From Auanema rhodensis (taxonomy: Eukaryota; Animalia; Nematoda), in NCBI GenBank assembly GCA_964057225.1, contig CAXKVF010000100.1:14361-78360 (forward strand): a stretch of DNA of 64,000 nt, in the 5' to 3' direction. Shown one piece after another: positions 54,731-64,000 of this stretch; positions within the stretch are counted from its first letter, which is position 1; each line of letters begins with the position of its first letter. Under the pieces are notes generated by a model. The model searched no databases, was not told the DNA's origin, and was given only the letters and a program-made list of their open reading frames with translations. The position numbers and the translations under genes are program-made.

Positions 54731-57700
54731 TTCATGGTAACCATGACTTTGAAATTTACGTGAACTTTAATTTATGCTAATTAAATGTACACGTGATGTG
54801 CACTTGGTATGTAACTCGCTTCACGTGAAAGATAAAGAGATGCGGTTTTCAAAATTAGATTCCCCATGTCCATATTAGTCTAAAAACAAATTTTTATTGA
54901 TATTGCTTCATGGTAACCATGACTTTGAAATTTACGTGAACTTTAATTTATGCTAATTAAATGTACACGTGATGTGCACTTGGTATGTAACTCGCTTCAC
55001 GTGAAAGATGAAGAGATGCGGTTTTCAAAATTAGATTCCCCATGTCCATATTAGTCTAAAAACAAATTTTTATTGATATTGGTGCATGGTAACCATGACT
55101 TTGAAATTTACGTGAACTTTAATTTATGCTAATTAAATGTACACGTGATGTGCACTTGGTATGTAACTCGCTTCACGTGAAAGATAAAGAGATGCGGTTT
55201 TCAAAATTAGATTCCCCATGTCCATATTAGTCTAAAAACAAATTTTTATTGATATTGGTTCATGGTAACCATGACTTTGAAATTTACGTGAACTTTAATT
55301 TATGCTAATTAAATGTACACGTGATGTGCACTTGGTATGTAACTCGCTTCACGTGAAAGATAAAGAGATGCGGTTTTCAAAATTAGATTCCCCATGTCCA
55401 TATTAGTCTAAAAACAAATTTTTATTGATATTGGTGCATGGTAACCATGACTTTGAAATTTACGTGAACTTTAATTTATGCTAATTAAATGTACACGTGA
55501 TGTGCACTTGGTATGTAACTCGCTTCACGTGAAAGATAAAGAGATGCGGTTTTCAAAATTAGATTCCCCATGTCCATATTAGTCTAAAAACAAATTTTTA
55601 TTGATATTGGTTCATGGTAACCATGACTTTGAAATTTACGTGAACTTTAATTTATGCTAATTAAATGTACACGTGATGTGCACTTGGTATGTAACTCGCT
55701 TCACGTGAAAGATAAAGAGATGCGGTTTTCAAATTAGATTCCCCATGTCCATATTAGTCCAAAAACAAATTTTTATTGATATTGGTTCATGGTAACCATG
55801 ACTTTGAAATTTACGTGAACTTTAATTTATGCTAATTAAATGTACACGTGATGTGCACTTGGTATGTAACTCGCTTCACGTGAAAGATGAAGAGATGCGG
55901 TTTTCAAAATTAGATTCCCCATGTCCATATTAGTCTAAAAACAAATTTTTATTGATATTGGTTCATGGTAACCATGACTTTGAAATTTACGTGAACTTTA
56001 ATTTATGCTAATTAAATGTACACGTGATGTGCACTTGGTATGTAACTCGCTTCACGTGAAAGATAAAGAGATGCGGTTTTCAAAATTAGATTCCCCATGT
56101 CCATATTAGTCTAAAAACAAATTTTTATTGATATTGGTTCATGGTAACCATGACTTTGAAATTTACGTGAACTTTAATTTATGCTAATTAAATGTACACG
56201 TGATGTGCACTTGGTATGTAACTCGCTTCACGTGAAAGATAAAGAGATGCGGTTTTCAAAATTAGATTCCCCATGTCCATATTAGTCTAAAAACAAATTT
56301 TTATTGATATTGGTGCATGGTAACCATGACTTTGAATTTTACGTGAACTTTAATTTATGCTAATTAAATGTACACGTGATGTGCACTTGGTATGTAACTC
56401 GCTTCACGTGAAAGATAAAGAGATGCGGTTTTCAAAATTAGATTCCCCATGTCCATATTAGTCTAAAAACAAATTTTTATTGATATTGGTTCATGGTAAC
56501 CATGACTTTGAAATTTACGTGAACTTTAATTTATGCTAATTAAATGTACACGTGATGTGCACTTGGTATGTAACTCGCTTCACGTGAAAGATAAAGAGAT
56601 GCGGTTTTCAAAATTAGATTCCCCATGTCCATATTAGTCTAAAAACAAATTTTTATTGATATTGCTTCATGGTAACCATGACTTTGAAATTTACGTGAAC
56701 TTTAATTTATGCTAATTAAATGTACACGTGATGTGCACTTGGTATGTAACTCGCTTCACGTGAAAGATAAAGAGATGCGGTTTTCAAAATTAGATTCCCC
56801 ATGTCCATATTAGTCTAAAAACAAATTTTTATTGATATTGCTTCATGGTAACCATGACTTTGAAATTTACGTGAACTTTAATTTATGCTAATTAAATGTA
56901 CACGTGATGTGCACTTGGTATGTAACTCGCTTCACGTGAAAGATGAAGAGATGCGGTTTTCAAAATTAGATTCCCCATGTCCATATTAGTCTAAAAACAA
57001 ATTTTTATTGATATTGGTGCATGGTAACCATGACTTTGAAATTTACGTGAACTTTAATTTATGCTAATTAAATGTACACGTGATGTGCACTTGGTATGTA
57101 ACTCGCTTCACGTGAAAGATAAAGAGATGCGGTTTTCAAAATTAGATTCCCCATGTCCATATTAGTCTAAAAACAAATTTTTATTGATATTGGTTCATGG
57201 TAACCATGACTTTGAAATTTACGTGAACTTTAATTTATGCTAATTAAATGTACACGTGATGTGCACTTGGTATGTAACTCGCTTCACGTGAAAGATAAAG
57301 AGATGCGGTTTTCAAAATTAGATTCCCCATGTCCATATTAGTCTAAAAACAAATTTTTATTGATATTGGTGCATGGTAACCATGACTTTGAAATTTACGT
57401 GAACTTTAATTTATGCTAATTAAATGTACACGTGATGTGCACTTGGTATGTAACTCGCTTCACGTGAAAGATAAAGAGATGCGGTTTTCAAAATTAGATT
57501 CCCCATGTCCATATTAGTCTAAAAACAAATTTTTATTGATATTGGTTCATGGTAACCATGACTTTGAAATTTACGTGAACTTTAATTTATGCTAATTAAA
57601 TGTACACGTGATGTGCACTTGGTATGTAACTCGCTTCACGTGAAAGATAAAGAGATGCGGTTTTCAAAATTAGATTCCCCATGTCCATATTAGTCCAAAA

Positions 57701-58593
57701 ACAAATTTTTATTGATATTGGTTCATGGTAACCATGACTTTGAAATTTACGTGAACTTTAATTTATGCTAATTAAATGTACACGTGATGTGCACTTGGTA
57801 TGTAACTCGCTTCACGTGAAAGATGAAGAGATGCGGTTTTCAAAATTAGATTCCCCATGTCCATATTAGTCTAAAAACAAATTTTTATTGATATTGGTTC
57901 ATGGTAACCATGACTTTGAAATTTACGTGAACTTTAATTTATGCTAATTAAATGTACACGTGATGTGCACTTGGTATGTAACTCGCTTCACGTGAAAGAT
58001 AAAGAGATGCGGTTTTCAAAATTAGATTCCCCATGTCCATATTAGTCTAAAAACAAATTTTTATTGATATTGGTTCATGGTAACCATGACTTTGAAATTT
58101 ACGTGAACTTTAATTTATGCTAATTAAATGTACACGTGATGTGCACTTGGTATGTAACTCGCTTCACGTGAAAGATAAAGAGATGCGGTTTTCAAAATTA
58201 GATTCCCCATGTCCATATTAGTCTAAAAACAAATTTTTATTGATATTGGTGCATGGTAACCATGACTTTGAATTTTACGTGAACTTTAATTTATGCTAAT
58301 TAAATGTACACGTGATGTGCACTTGGTATGTAACTCGCTTCACGTGAAAGATAAAGAGATGCGGTTTTCAAAATTAGATTCCCCATGTCCATATTAGTCT
58401 AAAAACAAATTTTTATTGATATTGGTTCATGGTAACCATGACTTTGAAATTTACGTGAACTTTAATTTATGCTAATTAAATGTACACGTGATGTGCACTT
58501 GGTATGTAACTCGCTTCACGTGAAAGATAAAGAGATGCGGTTTTCAAAATTAGATTCCCCATGTCCATATTAGTCTAAAAACAAATTTTTATT
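54731..58593 (-). repeat. 11-monomer (about 1936-bp) tandem higher-order duplication
   Basis: AGTCCAAAA at 55760/57696, GATGAAG at 55889/57825 and 55010/56945; a related copy lies at about 50300..52070. Confidence 0.85.
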
Positions 58594-59857
58594 AATATTG
58601 GTGCATGGTAACCATGACTTTGAAATTTACGTGAACTTTAATTTATGCTAATTAAATGTACACGTGATGTGCACTTGGTATGTAACTCGCTTCACGTGAA
58701 AGATAAAGAGATGCGGTTTTCAAAATTAGATTCCCCATGTCCATATTAGTCTAAAAACAAATTTTTATTGATATTGGTTCATGGTAACCATGACTTTGAA
58801 ATTTACGTGAACTTTAATTTATGCTAATTAAATGTACACGTGATGTGCACTTGGTATGTAACTCGCTTCACGTGAAAGATAAAGAGATGCGGTTTTCAAA
58901 ATTAGATTCCCCATGTCCATATTAGTCTAAAAACAAATTTTTATTGATATTGCTTCATGGTAACCATGACTTTGAAATTTACGTGAACTTTAATTTATGC
59001 TAATTAAATGTACACGTGATGTGCACTTGGTATGTAACTCGCTTCACGTGAAAGATAAAGAGATGCGGTTTTCAAAATTAGATTCCCCATGTCCATATTA
59101 GTCTAAAAACAAATTTTTATTGATATTGGTTCATGGTAACCATGACTTTGAAATTTACGTGAACTTTAATTTATGCTAATTAAATGTACACGTGATGTGC
59201 ACTTGGTATGTAACTCGCTTCACGTGAAAGATAAAGAGATGCGGTTTTCAAAATTAGATTCCCCATGTCCATATTAGTCTAAAAACAAATTTTTATTGAT
59301 ATTGGTGCATGGTAACCATGACTTTGAAATTTACGTGAACTTTAATTTATGCTAATTAAATGTACACGTGATGTGCACTTGGTATGTAACTCGCTTCACG
59401 TGAAAGATAAAGAGATGCGGTTTTCAAAATTAGATTCCCCATGTCCATATTAGTCTAAAAACAAATTTTTATTGATATTGGTTCATGGTAACCATGACTT
59501 TGAAATTTACGTGAACTTTAATTTATGCTAATTAAATGTACACGTGATGTGCACTTGGTATGTAACTCGCTTCACGTGAAAGATAAAGAGATGCGGTTTC
59601 CAAAATTAGATTCCCCATGTCCATATTAGTCTAAAAACAAATTTTTATTGATATTGGTTCATGGTAACCATGACTTTGAAATTTACGTGAACTTTAATTT
59701 ATGCTAATTAAATGTACACGTGATGTGCACTTGGTATGTAACTCGCTTCACGTGAAAGATAAAGAGATGCGGTTTTCAAAATTAGATTCCCCATGTCCAT
59801 ATTAGTCTAAAAACAAATTTTTATTGATATTGGTGCATGGTAACCATGACTTTGAAA

Positions 59858-61519
59858 TTTACGTGAACTTTAATTTATGCTAATTAAATGTACACGTGAT
59901 GTGCACTTGGTATGTAACTCGCTTCACGTGAAAGATAAAGAGATGCGGTTTTCAAAATTAGATTCCCCATGTCCATATTAGTCTAAAAACAAATTTTTAT
60001 TGATATTGGTTCATGGTAACCATGACTTTGAAATTTACGTGAACTTTAATTTATGCTAATTAAATGTACACGTGATGTGCACTTGGTATGTAACTCGCTT
60101 CACGTGAAAGATAAAGAGATGCGGTTTTCAAAATTAGATTCCTCATGTCCATATTAGTCTAAAAACTAATTTTTATTGATATTGCTTCATGGTAACCATG
60201 ACTTTGAAATTTACGTGAACTTTAATTTATGCTAATTAAATGTACACGTGATGTGCACTTGGTATGTAACTCGCTTCACGTGAAAGATAAAGAGATGCGG
60301 TTTTCAAAATTAGATTCCCCATGTCCATATTAGTCTAAAAACAAATTTTTATTGATATTGGTTCATGGTAACCATGACTTTGAAATTTACGTGAACTTTA
60401 ATTTATGCTAATTAAATGTACACGTGATGTGCACTTGGTATGTAACTCGCTTCACGTGAAAGATAAAGAGATGCGGTTTTCAAAATTAGATTCCCCATGT
60501 CCATATTAGTCTAAAAACAAATTTTTATTGATATTGGTGCATGGTAACCATGACTTTGAATTTTACGTGAACTTTAATTTATGCTAATTAAATGTACACG
60601 TGATGTGCACTTGGTATGTAACTCGCTTCACGTGAAAGATAAAGAGATGCGGTTTTCAAAATTAGATTCCCCATGTCCATATTAGTCTAAAAACAAATTT
60701 TTATTGATATTGGTTCATGGTAACCATGACTTTGAAATTTACGTGAACTTTAATTTATGCTAATTAAATGTACACGTGATGTGCACTTGGTATGTAACTC
60801 GCTTCACGTGAAAGATAAAGAGATGCGGTTTTCAAAATTAGATTCCTCATGTCCATATTAGTCTAAAAACTAATTTTTATTGATATTGCTTCATGGTAAC
60901 CATGACTTTGAAATTTACGTGAACTTTAATTTATGCTAATTAAATGTACACGTGATGTGCACTTGGTATGTAACTCGCTTCACGTGAAAGATAAAGAGAT
61001 GCGGTTTTCAAAATTAGATTCCCCATGTCCATATTAGTCTAAAAACAAATTTTTATTGATATTGGTTCATGGTAACCATGACTTTGAAATTTACGTGAAC
61101 TTTAATTTATGCTAATTAAATGTACACGTGATGTGCACTTGGTATGTAACTCGCTTCACGTGAAAGATAAAGAGATGCGGTTTTCAAAATTAGATTCCCC
61201 ATGTCCATATTAGTCTAAAAACAAATTTTTATTGATATTGGTGCATGGTAACCATGACTTTGAATTTTACGTGAACTTTAATTTATGCTAATTAAATGTA
61301 CACGTGATGTGCACTTGGTATGTAACTCGCTTCACGTGAAAGATAAAGAGATGCGGTTTTCAAAATTAGATTCCCCATGTCCATATTAGTCTAAAAACAA
61401 ATTTTTATTGATATTGGTTCATGGTAACCATGACTTTGAAATTTACGTGAACTTTAATTTATGCTAATTAAATGTACACGTGATGTGCACTTGGTATGTA
61501 ACTCGCTTCACGTGAAAGA
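59858..61519 (-). repeat. 4-monomer (704-bp) tandem higher-order repeat
   Basis: CCTCATG + AAAACTAAT at 60143/60847 and GAATTTT at 60561/61265, offset 704; related units at 62782 and 63310. Confidence 0.8.
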
Positions 61520-64000
61520 AAAAGAGATGCGGTTTTCAAAATTAGATTCCCCATGTCCATATTAGTCTAAAAACAAATTTTTATTAATATTGGTGCATGG
61601 TAACCATGACTTTGAAATTTACGTGAACTTTAATTTATGCTAATTAAATGTACACGTGATGTGCACTTAGTATGTAACTCGCTTCACGTGAAAGATAAAG
61701 AGATGCGGTTTTCAAAATTAGATTCCCCATGTCCATATTAGTCTAAAAACAAATTTTTATTGATATTGGTTCATGGTAACCATGACTTTGAAATTTACGT
61801 GAACTTTAATTTATGCTAATTAAATGTACACGTGATGTGCACTTGGTATGTAACTCGCTTCACGTGAAAGCTAAAGAGATGCGGTTTTCAAAATTAGATT
61901 CCCCATGTCCATATTAGTCTAAAAACAAATTTTTATTAATATTGGTGCATGGTAACCATGACTTTGAAATTTACGTGAACTTTAATTTATGCTAATTAAA
62001 TGTACACGTGATGTGCACTTGGTATGTAACTCGCTTCACGTGAAAGATAAAGAGATGCGGTTTTCAAAATTAGATTCCCCATGTCCATATTAGTCTAAAA
62101 ACAAATTTTTATTGATATTGGTTCATGGTAACCATGACTTTGAAATTTACGTGAACTTTAATTTATGCTAATTAAATGTACACGTGATGTGCACTTGGTA
62201 TGTAACTCGCTTCACGTGAAAGATAAAGAGATGCGGTTTTCAAAATTAGATTCCCCATGTCCATATTAGTCTAAAAACAAATTTTTATTGATATTGGTTC
62301 ATGGTAACCATGACTTTGAAATTTACGTGAACTTTAATTTATGCTAATTAAATGTACACGTGATGTGCACTTGGTATGTAACTCGCTTCACGTGAAAGAT
62401 AAAGAGATGCGGTTTTCAAAATTAGATTCCCCATGTCCATATTAGTCTAAAAACAAATTTTTATTGATATTGGTGCATGGTAACCATGACTTTGAAATTT
62501 ACGTGAACTTTAATTTATGCTAATTAAATGTACACGTGATGTGCACTTGGTATGTAACTCGCTTCACGTGAAAGATAAAGAGATGCGGTTTTCAAAATTA
62601 GATTCCCATGTCCATATTAGTCTAAAAACAAATTTTTATTGATATTGGTTCATGGTAACCATGACTTTGAAATTTACGTGAACTTTAATTTATGCTAATT
62701 AAATGTACACGTGATGTGCACTTGGTATGTAACTCGCTTCACGTGAAAGATAAAGAGATGCGGTTTTCAAAATTAGATTCCTCATGTCCATATTAGTCTA
62801 AAAACTAATTTTTATTGATATTGGTTCATGGTAACCATGACTTTGAAATTTACGTGAACTTTAATTTATGCTAATTAAATGTACACGTGATGTGCACTTG
62901 GTATGTAACTCGCTTCACGTGAAAGATAAAGAGATGCGGTTTTCAAAATTAGATTCCCCATGTCCATATTAGTCTAAAAACAAATTTTTATTGATATTGG
63001 TGCATGGTAACCATGACTTTGAATTTTACGTGAACTTTAATTTATGCTAATTAAATGTACACGTGATGTGCACTTGGTATGTAACTCGCTTCACGTGAAA
63101 GATAAAGAGATGCGGTTTTCAAAATTAGATTCCCCATGTCCATATTAGTCTAAAAACAAATTTTTATTGATATTGGTTCATGGTAACCATGACTTTGAAA
63201 TTTACGTGAACTTTAATTTATGCTAATTAAATGTACACGTGATGTGCACTTGGTATGTAACTCGCTTCACGTGAAAGATAAAGAGATGCGGTTTTCAAAA
63301 TTAGATTCCTCATGTCCATATTAGTCTAAAAACTAATTTTTATTGATATTGCTTCATGGTAACCATGACTTTGAAATTTACGTGAACTTTAATTTATGCT
63401 AATTAAATGTACACGTGATGTGCACTTGGTATGTAACTCGCTTCACGTGAAAGATAAAGAGATGCGGTTTTCAAAATTAGATTCCCCATGTCCATATTAG
63501 TCTAAAAACAAATTTTTATTGATATTGGTTCATGGTAACCATGACTTTGAAATTTACGTGAACTTTAATTTATGCTAATTAAATGTACACGTGATGTGCA
63601 CTTGGTATGTAACTCGCTTCACGTGAAAGATAAAGAGATGCGGTTTTCAAAATTAGATTCCCCATGTCCATATTAGTCTAAAAACAAATTTTTATTGATA
63701 TTGGTGCATGGTAACCATGACTTTGAATTTTACGTGAACTTTAATTTATGCTAATTAAATGTACACGTGATGTGCACTTGGTATGTAACTCGCTTCACGT
63801 GAAAGATAAAGAGATGCGGTTTCCAAAATTAGATTCCCCATGTCCATATTAGTCTAAAAACAAATTTTTATTAATATTGGTGCATGGTAACCATGACTTT
63901 GAAATTTACGTGAACTTTAATTTATGCTAATTAAATGTACACGTGATGTGCACTTGGTATGTAACTCGCTTCACGTGAAAGATAAAGAGATGCGGTTTTC

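Larger units (their letters stand above)
32651..64000 (-). repeat. Same 176-bp satellite in inverted orientation, right arm (147 bp + 176 full monomers + 94 bp; continues beyond window end)
   Basis: From 32651 the sequence TGTACACGTGATGTGCACTTGGTATGTAACTCGCTTCACG... is the reverse complement of monomer positions 147 downward; length check 31350 - 3x45 + 3 - 1 = 147 + 176x176 + 94. Confidence 0.99.

Noticed and set aside
51681-62610. 1-bp indels near 51685, 54718, 55732 and 62607 (and 15558 on the left arm)
   Set aside because: In or next to homopolymer runs and not shared with duplicate blocks (55732 is absent from its 11-mer twin); indistinguishable from sequencing error.
1-64000. CRISPR array or other repeat-spacer system
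   Set aside because: No unique spacers: the whole 176 bp is repeated, and there are no cas or other genes.
32651-64000. Right arm as a simple fold-back read/assembly artefact of the left arm
   Set aside because: Variant order, 45-bp duplication positions and block duplications do not mirror about the junction, and each arm has private variants. A mis-join of two real arrays still needs read-level exclusion.

Overview
The whole 64 kb is one highly homogeneous, AT-rich (about 32% GC) tandem satellite with a 176-bp monomer; no protein gene, RNA gene, transposon or CRISPR array can be supported. Monomer as read at 1..176: AATTTCAAAGTCATGGTTACCATGAACCAATATCAATAAAAATTTGTTTTTAGACTAATATGGACATGGGGAATCTAATTTTGAAAACCGCATCTCTTTATCTTTCACGTGAAGCGAGTTACATACCAAGTGCACATCACGTGTACATTTAATTAGCATAAATTAAAGTTCACGTA. 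The array runs in one orientation over 1..32650 (184 full monomers + 114 bp) and switches abruptly to the reverse complement over 32651..64000 (147 bp + 176 full monomers + 94 bp). These counts balance exactly once one 18-bp duplication, six 45-bp duplications and five 1-bp indels are allowed for, so no foreign DNA is inserted. The switch creates a >31-kb-arm inverted repeat with a 33-bp spacer. A roughly 13-kb zone around the switch (24.0-37.2 kb) carries private variants shared by both arms but not in exact mirror order, which argues for a real, subsequently reshuffled inversion rather than a fold-back artefact. Elsewhere the array consists of local variant domains and recent block duplications of 3-17 monomers. 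Monomer size, homogeneity, dyad symmetry and a strand switch fit a eukaryotic (peri)centromeric satellite, but neither function nor organism can be shown from the sequence. I found no new gene-encoded system; the interest is in the array architecture. All variant positions were read by eye and need confirming by alignment.
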